A stretch of DNA of 43,793 nt from Candidatus Binataceae bacterium. GTDB lineage: Bacteria; Desulfobacterota; Binatia; Binatales; Binataceae. The notes beneath the pieces were generated by a model. That model was not told the DNA's origin. It worked only from the letters and a program-made list of their open reading frames with translations, and did not search any database. Location: assembly GCA_049281755.1 (NCBI GenBank), contig JBAPSR010000073.1:1-43793 (forward strand). The letters are read 5' to 3'. The position numbers and the translations under genes are program-made. Position 1 is the stretch's first letter, and each line of letters starts with the position of its first letter. Positions 7,678 to 16,327 of the stretch are shown in pieces.

Positions 7678-8837
7678 AAAAATCGAGAGTCGAACCGGCG
7701 CGCCGCATCCAGTTCGCGTTCACGGATGAGCAGGAGCAGTTCCGCTCGGCGCTGCGGCGATTTCTGAATGACAAATCGCCCACGACCGAGGTTCGCCGCC
7801 TGATGGCGACCGCCGAGGGTTACAATCCCGAGGTGTGGCGCCAATTGAGCGCGGAACTCGCGCTGCCCGGAATCCAAATCCCGGAGCAATATGGCGGCGC
7901 GGGGTTCGGCATGGTCGAGCTTTGTATCGTTACTGAGGAGCTGGGCCGCGCATTGCTTTGCGCGCCCTATTTCTCAACCACAGTACTCGCGGCCAATGCG
8001 ATCCTGAACGCCGGCACCGAAGCGCAGAAATTGAGCTTGTTGCCCGACCTTGCAAGCGGCGCGCGCCTTGCGACGCTTGCGGTCACCGAGCTCGACGGCA
8101 ACTGGGATCCACGCGGAATCGAGCTCGCCGCCACGCCAGTCGCCGACGGTTATCTTCTTGACGGAACTAAGAGCTACGTCGTGGACGGGCATATAGCGGA
8201 CCTGCTGGTCGTTGCCGCACGCGTAGGCGCGAAAGGTGGCGATGGAGGTTTGGCGCTATTCACGCTCGGCGCGAATTCCGGCGGCATCGAACGACGCCTT
8301 CTGGAAGCGATGGATCCGACTCGCAAGATCGCGCGGATCGATTTTCACAAGGCGCATGCGGATTTGCTCGGCACCTTGGATGACGGCGCGAAGCCACTCG
8401 GCCGCACGCTCGACCAGGCGGCCATCGCGCTGGCGAATGAAATGGTGGGCGGCGCGCAAGCGATGCTCGACTCGGCGGTGGATTACGCGAAGCTGCGGGT
8501 TCAGTTCGGGCGAACAATCGGTTCGTTTCAGGCGATCAAGCACAAATGCGCCGACCTGCTGCTGGACGTGGAGCTTGCCAAGTCAGCGGCGTACTGCGCG
8601 GCTCAAACCGCCGCGATCGACGATCCGGAGTGGCCCGCGCTGGCCTGCCTGGCGAAAGCCGCGGCGTCAGAAACCTACCTGCGTACGGCGGCCGAATGTA
8701 TTCAGATCCACGGCGGTATCGGCTTCACCTGGGACAACGACACGCATCTGTGGTTCAAGCGCGCGAAAAGCTCTGAGGTGTTTCTGGGCCAACCGAGCTA
8801 CCACCGGGAGCTCCTGATGCAGCGCTGGGGAGTTTGA
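7665..8837 (+). CDS. acyl-CoA dehydrogenase family protein
   Basis: 390-aa ORF with ACAD N-terminal, middle and C-terminal pattern: 'FTDEQEQFRSALRRFL', 'GGAQAMLDSAVDYAKLRVQFGRTIGSFQAIKH', 'IQIHGGIGFTWD'. Confidence 0.85.
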   Translation: MSASEKSRVEPARRIQFAFTDEQEQFRSALRRFLNDKSPTTEVRRLMATAEGYNPEVWRQLSAELALPGIQIPEQYGGAGFGMVELCIVTEELGRALLCAPYFSTTVLAANAILNAGTEAQKLSLLPDLASGARLATLAVTELDGNWDPRGIELAATPVADGYLLDGTKSYVVDGHIADLLVVAARVGAKGGDGGLALFTLGANSGGIERRLLEAMDPTRKIARIDFHKAHADLLGTLDDGAKPLGRTLDQAAIALANEMVGGAQAMLDSAVDYAKLRVQFGRTIGSFQAIKHKCADLLLDVELAKSAAYCAAQTAAIDDPEWPALACLAKAAASETYLRTAAECIQIHGGIGFTWDNDTHLWFKRAKSSEVFLGQPSYHRELLMQRWGV

Positions 8838-10085
8838 GTGATGAGCAAAGTCACCGAAACCGAGGTGCGAGCCGAGGTGCGTGAGTGGCTCGCGGCCAAT
8901 TGGGATCCGGAATTGTCCCTGGCGGCGTGGCGCAACAAGCTTGCCGACTCCGGCTGGGGAATGCCGCAATGGCCGGAGGCATGGTACGGCCGCGGTCTAC
9001 CGGTGACTCTCGCGCGGGTGGTGGAAGAGGAATTCGCGGCGGTGGGCGCGGTGACGGCGGCGAAAACGGGAGTGCGACTGCTGGCGGCGGCCACGCTGCT
9101 CGAGCATGGATCGGATCTGCAGAAAAAGAAGTTCCTGCGCCGCATCCTCACGGGAGAAGACTCGTGGTGCCAGCTGTTCAGCGAACCGGGCAGCGGCTCG
9201 GACCTCGCGGGCGCAACCACCAGAGCGGATTTGAACGGTGACCATTGGATCGTCAACGGCCAGAAGGTGTGGACCACGAGTGCGCATCATGCCGACCACG
9301 GCCTGTTGCTCGCCCGGACCGATTGGGATGCGCCCAAGCATGAGGGGCTGTCGTATTTCGTGATCGACATCAAACAGCCCGGCGTCGACGTGCAGCCGCT
9401 CAAGCAGATGAACGGCCACGCATCGTTTAACCAGGTGTTCTTCACCGACGCGACGATTCCGGCCGAGAACCTGGTCGGGCGCGTCGGTGACGGCTGGAAG
9501 ATCGCGATGACAACGCTCGCCCACGAGCGCCGCGGCGCCGATGGACTGAGCTCACCGTCGAGGCGCAGGTCGCGCACCGGACGTATCCACGCCGAGGAGC
9601 GGGCCGAGCTCGAAAAAGCAAACCAGCCCTACACGTGGTATCCGCAACGCGCGGGGCGGGTGGACCTGGTGATCGAGCGCGCCAAGGAGACTGGCGCAAA
9701 CAAGGATCCGGTTGTGCGCCAGGAGATCGCCAAGCTGATGATCATGGCGAAGTCCGCGGAGTGGACCGCGCGCCGCGCGCGCGCTGCGCAGCAACACGGG
9801 CGTCCGCAGGGGCCCGAAGGATCGCTCGGAAAGCTCGCGGCCAGCAACGTGGCCCGAGCCGCCGCCCGCGTACACACGTTGATCACGGGGGCGCAGGCGA
9901 TGCTCACCGGTAGCGGCAGCCCGCGCGACGGGATCATCGCGGAGATTCTGGTGTCGGTACCGGCGGTTTCGATCGCCGGAGGCACCGACGAGATTCAGCG
10001 CAACATTATCGCCGAGCGCGTGCTCGACCTGCCCAAGGAGCCGCGTTTTGACACCGGCCCATTCCGCAACGTGCGCAAGAACTAG
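8838..10085 (+). CDS. acyl-CoA dehydrogenase family protein (second subunit-like paralog)
   Basis: GTG 8838 / ATG 8841 lies immediately after the upstream TGA (8835-8837). Motifs: 'WCQLFSEPGSGSDLAG', 'GQKVWTTSAHHAD', 'AGGTDEIQRNIIAERVL'. Confidence 0.85.
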   Translation: MMSKVTETEVRAEVREWLAANWDPELSLAAWRNKLADSGWGMPQWPEAWYGRGLPVTLARVVEEEFAAVGAVTAAKTGVRLLAAATLLEHGSDLQKKKFLRRILTGEDSWCQLFSEPGSGSDLAGATTRADLNGDHWIVNGQKVWTTSAHHADHGLLLARTDWDAPKHEGLSYFVIDIKQPGVDVQPLKQMNGHASFNQVFFTDATIPAENLVGRVGDGWKIAMTTLAHERRGADGLSSPSRRRSRTGRIHAEERAELEKANQPYTWYPQRAGRVDLVIERAKETGANKDPVVRQEIAKLMIMAKSAEWTARRARAAQQHGRPQGPEGSLGKLAASNVARAAARVHTLITGAQAMLTGSGSPRDGIIAEILVSVPAVSIAGGTDEIQRNIIAERVLDLPKEPRFDTGPFRNVRKN

Positions 10086-10270
10086 CGAAGCTCGCGGCGA
10101 TTGCGTCGCCGACGAGCCAGATCGAGTAGCGGAACGCCTCCTGCGGGCGCGACGTTGAACCTTAACAAAAAGGTCCTTAAAAGATATCCCAGAATCTGAA
10201 AAGCTCCACGGATGTTCATCTGCTTGACGATCTTTCGGAGCAAAAGCGCGATGTATGAGCGCTCGGTCCG

Positions 10271-11686
10271 ATGCTGCTGATGACTCCGAGCGCACGGCTG
10301 TGGTGGGGTCAGTTGTTATTGACGATCGGTCTGACGTGTCTGTTGTGCATGGCGATGAGCTCTAAGGGCGCGGCAGAGGAATCTTCGCCGCCCGCGAGCT
10401 CGAGCGATACACCGCAGCAGACCTGGAACTGGCACGTTCAAAGCACCGACATCGTTCAGGGCTATCCTGACTTTCCGGCAAAGTATTCGGGGCACAACAG
10501 CCTGCCCAGCGGCGGTCAAACGCGCGAAACCGTTTCGCTGGATTTGATGGCCGGCGTCCGGCTGTGGCGCGGCGCCGAGGCGCACGTTGACGGCTTGATG
10601 TGGCAAGGTTTTGGTCTGGCCAACACCGAGGGCGCAGGAGGTTTTCCCAATGGCGAAGCCTTTCGTCTTGGCACCAAGGTTCCCAACGGCACCTTCTCGC
10701 GGCTGTTCATTCGGCAAACCGTCGGCCTTGGCGGCGAGCAGGAGGACGTGCCGGATGGCGAATTCACACTCGCTGGAAGACAGGATATTTCCCGGCTCGT
10801 ATTCACACTCGGACGGATGTCGGCCGCGGACATCTTCGATCGCAACGCGTACGCCAATGATCCTCGCACCCAATTCATGAACTGGGCGTTCGTGAACAAC
10901 GAGGGGTGGGACTTTCCGGCGGACAGCCTCGGATACACCACGGGACTGGCGGCGGAACTGAATCAGCCGAATTGGGCTTTGCGTTATGGATTCTTTCAAG
11001 TACCGCGTTTCCAGAATGGCTTGACTGCGGAAGATCAAATCCTCAAGTGGCCGTACGATAGTTCAGCGCAAGACGGCCCGTTTTTACAGGGATGGGGAAT
11101 GGTGACGGAGCTCGAGCGACGTTACAGTATAGACGTTCATCCTGGGGTGATTCGTTTCCTCGCCTATCTCAATAGAGCCGATATGGGCAGTTACCAGGAA
11201 GCGGTTGACAGTCCAATCCGGCCGGCCGACATCACTGCGACGCGCAAATATCGCTTAACGTATGGTTTCGGGGCGAACCTTGAACAAGAGATTGCGAAAG
11301 ACGTCGGGTTGTTCTCGCGCCTGGGCTGGAACGACGGCAAAAACGAAGCGTGGATGTTCAGCGATGTGGACTACGCAGCCTCACTGGGATTGAGCATCCA
11401 GGGCGGATCCTGGAATCGGCCCGGCGACACGGTCGGATTGGCGGGCGCTCTAAACGGCATCTCCAAATCGGAACAGAGATTTTTTGCGGACGGCGGCCTG
11501 GGCATTTTGGCGGGCGATGGCAGCTTAAGTTATGGCTGGGAAAAAGTTTTCGAAACCTACTACAACTTTCAAATCTGGAAGACTATTTACGCCACCGCGG
11601 ATTACCAGTTCATCAGCAATCCGGCATTCAATCGCGATCGCGGACCGGTGTCAGTCTTCGGCGCAAGACTTCACTGGGAATTGTAA
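10271..11686 (+). CDS. OprB-family carbohydrate-selective porin (outer membrane)
   Basis: N-terminal signal peptide ('LLLTIGLTCLLCMAMSSKGAA'). OprB-like blocks 'YPDFPAKYSGHNSL' and 'NWAFVNNEGWDFPADSLGYT'. Alternating beta-strand pattern to the C-terminus. Confidence 0.7.
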   Translation: MLLMTPSARLWWGQLLLTIGLTCLLCMAMSSKGAAEESSPPASSSDTPQQTWNWHVQSTDIVQGYPDFPAKYSGHNSLPSGGQTRETVSLDLMAGVRLWRGAEAHVDGLMWQGFGLANTEGAGGFPNGEAFRLGTKVPNGTFSRLFIRQTVGLGGEQEDVPDGEFTLAGRQDISRLVFTLGRMSAADIFDRNAYANDPRTQFMNWAFVNNEGWDFPADSLGYTTGLAAELNQPNWALRYGFFQVPRFQNGLTAEDQILKWPYDSSAQDGPFLQGWGMVTELERRYSIDVHPGVIRFLAYLNRADMGSYQEAVDSPIRPADITATRKYRLTYGFGANLEQEIAKDVGLFSRLGWNDGKNEAWMFSDVDYAASLGLSIQGGSWNRPGDTVGLAGALNGISKSEQRFFADGGLGILAGDGSLSYGWEKVFETYYNFQIWKTIYATADYQFISNPAFNRDRGPVSVFGARLHWEL

Positions 11687-11712
11687 CGAGTGATGGTTGG
11701 CGGACGGAGCAT

Positions 11713-11730
11713 CGCGTAACGCGTTTTTTT
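11713..11730 (+). terminator. weak rho-independent terminator-like element after the porin gene
   Basis: CGCG-taa-CGCG short stem followed by a T7 run (11724-11730). A T7 run is unusual in this GC-rich DNA, but the stem is only 4 bp. Confidence 0.35.
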
Positions 11731-11743
11731 AGAGGAACGAGTC

Positions 11744-12643
11744 ATGGATCACAGAGAACAGCCGGTCGTCGCAATGATAGGCGCGGGCGAAATGGGAGCG
11801 GCGGTCGGACGACGGCTTAAGATGCGAGGTGCGCGGGTTCTTATTTCTCTCAAGGGGCGCAGCCCCGAGAGCGAACGGCGAGTACGCCGCGCGGAGCTCG
11901 AGGTCATCGATGATGACGCGGCGCTGGTGCGTGACGCGGATTTCGTGCTGTCGATCGTCCCACCGGGAGTGGCGATTGAAAGCGCTCGGCGGTATCGAAG
12001 CGCGCTCGACGCGGCGGGGAAAGATGCGATCTTTGTCGATTGCAACGCGATCTCTCCGGCGAGCGCGCGCCGTATCGGCGAGGTCCTGTCAGGATGCAAG
12101 TGCGGTTACGTCGATGCGGGAATTATCGGAGGTCCGCCGCCCGAGGATTTGAACGCCGCCGGTCCGCGTTTCTACGCATCAGGCGAACATGCTCGGGACT
12201 TTGCTAACCTCTCCCGCTTTGGACTGGACATCGTTGTGCTCGAGGGTCCGATCGGCGCGGCTTCAGGTTTGAAGCTCAGCTATGCCGGTCTGACCAAAGG
12301 CATCACCGCGCTGGGTGCGGCGATGATCGCGGCCGCATCGCGCGAAGGACTGGCCGACGCGCTGCGGAGCGAACTCGCACGCAGCCAGCCGCAGATCCTT
12401 AGCCGGCTTGCGCGGCAGATTCCCGCGATGTTCCCGAAGGCGCATCGATGGGTTGCGGAGATGAGGGAGATCGCGGAATTTCTCGACGGCAACGATCGCG
12501 GCGCGATGATTTACGAAGGCGCCGCATGCCTGTACGAACGAATAGCCGCAGAGAATGCGGATCATGAGCAGACCGCCGGCATCCGGGCGCTCGCAGATTT
12601 CTGCGCCGCCACGATCGATTCAATTCGCAAGTCGTCGAAGTAA
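11744..12643 (+). CDS. NAD(P)-dependent oxidoreductase (6-phosphogluconate/3-hydroxyisobutyrate dehydrogenase-like N-domain, DUF1932-like C-domain)
   Basis: Rossmann motif 'VAMIGAGEMGAAVG'. AGAGGA RBS upstream of ATG 11744. Confidence 0.7.
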   Translation: MDHREQPVVAMIGAGEMGAAVGRRLKMRGARVLISLKGRSPESERRVRRAELEVIDDDAALVRDADFVLSIVPPGVAIESARRYRSALDAAGKDAIFVDCNAISPASARRIGEVLSGCKCGYVDAGIIGGPPPEDLNAAGPRFYASGEHARDFANLSRFGLDIVVLEGPIGAASGLKLSYAGLTKGITALGAAMIAAASREGLADALRSELARSQPQILSRLARQIPAMFPKAHRWVAEMREIAEFLDGNDRGAMIYEGAACLYERIAAENADHEQTAGIRALADFCAATIDSIRKSSK

Positions 12644-12667
12644 AACTTCAAGGCGAAGCGAGAGAGG

Positions 12668-13426
12668 TTATTTTCCTTTCCAATTGGGAGGCCGCTTCTG
12701 CGCGAACGCGAGCCCGCCCTCGCGCGAGTCTTCGGTCTTGAGGAGCTGCTCGTAGCCCTCGTGCTCGAGGCGCAATCCCTCCGCCAGCGAAACATCGAGA
12801 CCGCGCAACGCCACTCGCTTGATTTGCTGCACGGCCAGCGGCGCCGATTTGCAGATCTCGCCTGCAATCTGGTCGCACTCGCTCATGAGCTGGTTCATCG
12901 GAACAACGTGATCGACCAAGCCCAATCGCAGCGCTTCCGCCGCCCCGATTCGGTTGCCGGTGTACAACATCTGCAGCGCACGTCCGAGTGGAATCAACCG
13001 GGGCAGACGCTGGGTGCCTCCGCCGCCGGGCAGCCATCCGAGCCGAACTTCGCCGAAACCGAACTGCGCATGCTCCGCCGCGACGCGAATATCGCACGCG
13101 AGGGCTTGCTCGAGACCGCCGCCGTTGGCGTGGCCATTGATCGCCGCGATTACGGGTTTGTGCAGTTCGAGCATTACCGGGAACGGTGATTTTCCCGCAG
13201 CCGCGCCGCGTCCCTCGACATAGTTCGATTTCACATCGCTGCCGGCGCAGAACGCGTGCTCACCCGCGCCGGTCAAAATCGCCACCAGCAGTTTCGGATC
13301 GTCGCGAAACTCGGTCCAGATTTCGGCCAGCCGATTGTAAGTTTCAAAATCGCATGCGTTGAGGCGCTCCGGGCGATTGATGGTAACGCGGGCGATCGGA
13401 CCGTCTTTGTCGAAAATCACCTTCAT
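12668..13426 (-). CDS. enoyl-CoA hydratase/isomerase (crotonase) family protein
   Basis: Motifs 'RVTINRPERLNA', 'FCAGSDV', 'GHANGGGLEQALACDIRVA'. ATG 13426 with an AGGGG RBS is preferred over the TTG 13453 of the ORF track. Confidence 0.85.
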   Translation of the reverse strand: MKVIFDKDGPIARVTINRPERLNACDFETYNRLAEIWTEFRDDPKLLVAILTGAGEHAFCAGSDVKSNYVEGRGAAAGKSPFPVMLELHKPVIAAINGHANGGGLEQALACDIRVAAEHAQFGFGEVRLGWLPGGGGTQRLPRLIPLGRALQMLYTGNRIGAAEALRLGLVDHVVPMNQLMSECDQIAGEICKSAPLAVQQIKRVALRGLDVSLAEGLRLEHEGYEQLLKTEDSREGGLAFAQKRPPNWKGK

Positions 13427-13449
13427 CGAAATACCCCTGGCTTCGGCGG

Positions 13450-14643
13450 TCAACTCGATTCAGACGAGCCCAGCACTTCGGTCAATCCGAATGCGCTGCG
13501 GCCGAGAAACTCGAGGCTCTCATCGCTGTCGAGCGGATGATAAAGTCCGGCGCGCACGTCGCGGAATAAACGCTCGAGCGGCAGACGCTTGAAATACGAG
13601 GCGCCGCCGACAGCGCGCAGAGCCAGATCGACCACGCGCACCGAATTTTCGACCGCGATCATGCGGGCGGCCACCGCCTTGCGCGACCAGCTCATCGGGT
13701 CGTCGCGATCGACCTCCGCCGCCGCCTTCCACATGGCGGCCCGCGCCCCTTCGATCAGGAGGTCCATCTCACCGACCTTGTTGTATACACTCGGCAGATG
13801 GCTCATCGGATGTTTCAGCGGGTAGCGTTTGCGATCACGCATGAACTCGACGGTGAAATTACGCGCCGCGAGCGCGATTCCAATATACGGTGCGCCGATC
13901 GCGAAGGGGGCCTTCGCGAACACCTTGGTGACGCGGCCGCTGCGCGAAACCGGCCGTTGCAGCACCACGTCGGATTCCGGCACAAACGCGTCCGTCAGCT
14001 CCGAGCTCCGCGACTGGGTCGATCGCATGCCCATCACGTCCCAATCATCTTTGAATGAGAATCCCTGCGTCTCGCGCGGCGCGATGTAGCAGGTGATGAT
14101 GCTCGCGCGCTCGGGAGCGTCCTCCCACAGTGCCTCGAAGAAGAACAGATCCGCAGCGATACTCTGGGTGCCGAAGATCTTGCGCCCGTTCACGATCCAT
14201 CCGCCCTCGACCCGGCGCGCGGCGGTGCGCGGGCGCAGATTGATCACCGCGTAGTCCGGTTCCGAGCCTGAGCCAGCGCAAATCAGGCGATTCTTCACTA
14301 TGCGGTAAAGTTTTTCTTCGACGTTGGGAGCTTTGAACTTGCGATACAGGTCGCACAGCAATCCTACGGTGTTGAAGTGCATGTTGATCGCAAGCGCGGT
14401 CGCTCCGCATCCCTGGGCGAGCCGTTCCTGCGTCTTGATGCGCTCCAGCAGCGTCGCCCCCATCCCGCCGAATTTCTCCGGAATAGTGAGCACCGTGTAG
14501 CCGGTGTCCTTGAGCCGCGCGTAGTTCTCATGCGGAAACGAAGCTTCTCGATCGTGCTCGGCCGCACGGGTGGCGAAATCGTCAGCGAGCCCGGCGGCGA
14601 GATCGATAAAGCGCTGCTCGCGCTCGGTATTGACCTGGTTCAT
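13450..14643 (-). CDS. acyl-CoA dehydrogenase-fold flavoprotein (could be a dehydrogenase or an ACAD-fold flavin monooxygenase)
   Basis: 397-aa ORF with ACAD-fold pattern. The C-terminal 'LERLFRDVRAGLYHP' tail is typical of the DszC/SfnB-like branch, judged from memory. Confidence 0.75.
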   Translation of the reverse strand: MNQVNTEREQRFIDLAAGLADDFATRAAEHDREASFPHENYARLKDTGYTVLTIPEKFGGMGATLLERIKTQERLAQGCGATALAINMHFNTVGLLCDLYRKFKAPNVEEKLYRIVKNRLICAGSGSEPDYAVINLRPRTAARRVEGGWIVNGRKIFGTQSIAADLFFFEALWEDAPERASIITCYIAPRETQGFSFKDDWDVMGMRSTQSRSSELTDAFVPESDVVLQRPVSRSGRVTKVFAKAPFAIGAPYIGIALAARNFTVEFMRDRKRYPLKHPMSHLPSVYNKVGEMDLLIEGARAAMWKAAAEVDRDDPMSWSRKAVAARMIAVENSVRVVDLALRAVGGASYFKRLPLERLFRDVRAGLYHPLDSDESLEFLGRSAFGLTEVLGSSESS

Positions 14644-14653
14644 TCGCGGTGCC

Positions 14654-15511
14654 TCAGGACCATGCGTCGTGGCCGGCTATATAATTCATGTTGTTCTGCG
14701 ACGGATTGCGGTTCACGAGAGGACGCATGAAGAGCGGATGACGCATGCTGCGCACCTCGTGCTCGATCGTGAAGAGCACGGAACCGGTTTCAGGATCGGC
14801 GATATCCTTGAATCGATACTGATGCTGGTCGCTCTCCTCGCTGACAAGCCCCTTCTCCTTTAGCGCGTGATGAGGTCCCGAGAAGTCCGCGACGTAAACC
14901 TGCACATGGTGGCCGTCGTAAGCGGGTATCTGGCCGGCGGTTTCGCGAAAGATGAACTGTTGCCCAATCCCAACCGAGACTTGCGCGTAGCGCCCGTCGC
15001 GATCTTCCGCGGCCGCCGCCGGAGTGCGCATCGTCTGGCGGTAAAATCGCGCGATTCCATCTGCCGCACCCGCGGGTACGGTGAACTCGACATACGCGAT
15101 ACCAAGCCGTATCGCACCGTTGTTCGAGTCGGGGAAATGGCATCGGATACGATTGCCCCACGGACAGATCGTCTCGACGAACGATTCGTGTTCATGGAAA
15201 TCAAAGCGCGTGCCCTCGAGCCTTTTGCGCAAGCGCGTAAGACGCTTCACCAGCGCCTCGCGATCCGGCAGCACGATACCAACGTGGCCGCGCAGCACTT
15301 GCGCCTGGCCGGTGGGCAGGTGGAATTGGCTGCGTCCGACATTGACCCACATATTGCTGACGCTGGTCATCAGGTATGGGTCGCGGGTCAACCCTAATCC
15401 GGCGATGTAGTACAGCGTGGCGAGTTGCTGATCAGGAGCGGTGATATTGACGTGCTCGAGCGCGACAATGTTGCCGAGATCCTCGGCCGCCCGATCGAAT
15501 TGACCATCCAT
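14654..15511 (-). CDS. VOC (glyoxalase/dioxygenase)-like protein, function unknown
   Basis: GGAGG RBS before ATG 15511. 'LEHVNITAPDQ' resembles the first beta-strand and metal-site His of VOC modules. It is the first gene of a VOC-ACAD-crotonase operon, with 10-nt and 23-nt gaps. Confidence 0.45.
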   Translation of the reverse strand: MDGQFDRAAEDLGNIVALEHVNITAPDQQLATLYYIAGLGLTRDPYLMTSVSNMWVNVGRSQFHLPTGQAQVLRGHVGIVLPDREALVKRLTRLRKRLEGTRFDFHEHESFVETICPWGNRIRCHFPDSNNGAIRLGIAYVEFTVPAGAADGIARFYRQTMRTPAAAAEDRDGRYAQVSVGIGQQFIFRETAGQIPAYDGHHVQVYVADFSGPHHALKEKGLVSEESDQHQYRFKDIADPETGSVLFTIEHEVRSMRHPLFMRPLVNRNPSQNNMNYIAGHDAWS

Positions 15512-15691
15512 GTGCTTTCCTCCAATCGCGCCGCTGGGCGCGCGACCAATACCAGAGCGGATTTACCACGAAAAATGTCGATGGCGGAAGCCGCGTTCCG
15601 CTATATAGTGATCATGTGCTCTCGCGGTGTTGGTTCCAAACAGTGAATGATCCCGACGGACGACGTCCTTGAGATGACCTGGAGGCTATGC

Positions 15692-16093
15692 ATGAACACC
15701 TTAAAACTTCTGGTAATAGTTGCCGTAGCCGGGATCTGCTGCATGGTGGCCGCTCCCAGAATAGAGGCTCAGGTCAGCATCAACATTGGACCCGAGCCTG
15801 TATGCCCATACGGTTACTATGACTACGCTCCTTATACGTGCGCTCCCTACGGCTACTACGGCCCGGAATGGTTTAGGGGTCGTGAGTTCGTTGGCGCTGG
15901 GCCGTGGTTTCATGGCCCTAAGACCTTCCAGGGCCATGTAAATAACAATTTCGATCCTCAGCACGGCTATAAGGGCCCATCACCAAAGATTGGCGAAAAA
16001 CCTGAGCCGGCGAAGCGAGTCGATAAGGTTGCCAACTTCAAAGGAAATGAAGTGCGTGATGGACGCGGTCACGTAGGCGGGGACAAACACTAA
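15692..16093 (+). CDS. small secreted Tyr/Gly/Pro-rich protein, unknown function
   Basis: ATG 15692 lies 6 nt after GGAGG (15681-15685). Signal peptide 'MNTLKLLVIVAVAGICCMVAAPRIEAQ'. Mature part is low-complexity: 'CPYGYYDYAPYTCAPYGYYGPEWF'. Confidence 0.6.
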   Translation: MNTLKLLVIVAVAGICCMVAAPRIEAQVSINIGPEPVCPYGYYDYAPYTCAPYGYYGPEWFRGREFVGAGPWFHGPKTFQGHVNNNFDPQHGYKGPSPKIGEKPEPAKRVDKVANFKGNEVRDGRGHVGGDKH

Positions 16094-16327
16094 TAACCGA
16101 CGGCTCGTGGAATCATTTCCTGGGTGCCTGGAAATCCTCCCCGACCGAGTGGGAGCCGTTGATATTCTCGTAAACCGTCCGTTGTTGTCCTGAGCTGTAG
16201 GCGAAGGATGACGGACAAGAGCGTCGAAGCTTCCATTCTCCGCTACGTACTGCGCGTGTGGATTACCGTTCAGTCGCGTTCGGCAGCTAGTCGTCCTCCC
16301 CAATCGGGCGAGGCATAATCTGGCGTC

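Noticed and set aside
16115-16135. ATTTCC-N9-GGAAAT inverted repeat after the small secreted protein gene, considered as a terminator.
   Set aside because: It is a 6-bp AT-rich stem with a 9-nt loop and no U-tract, so it is too weak.
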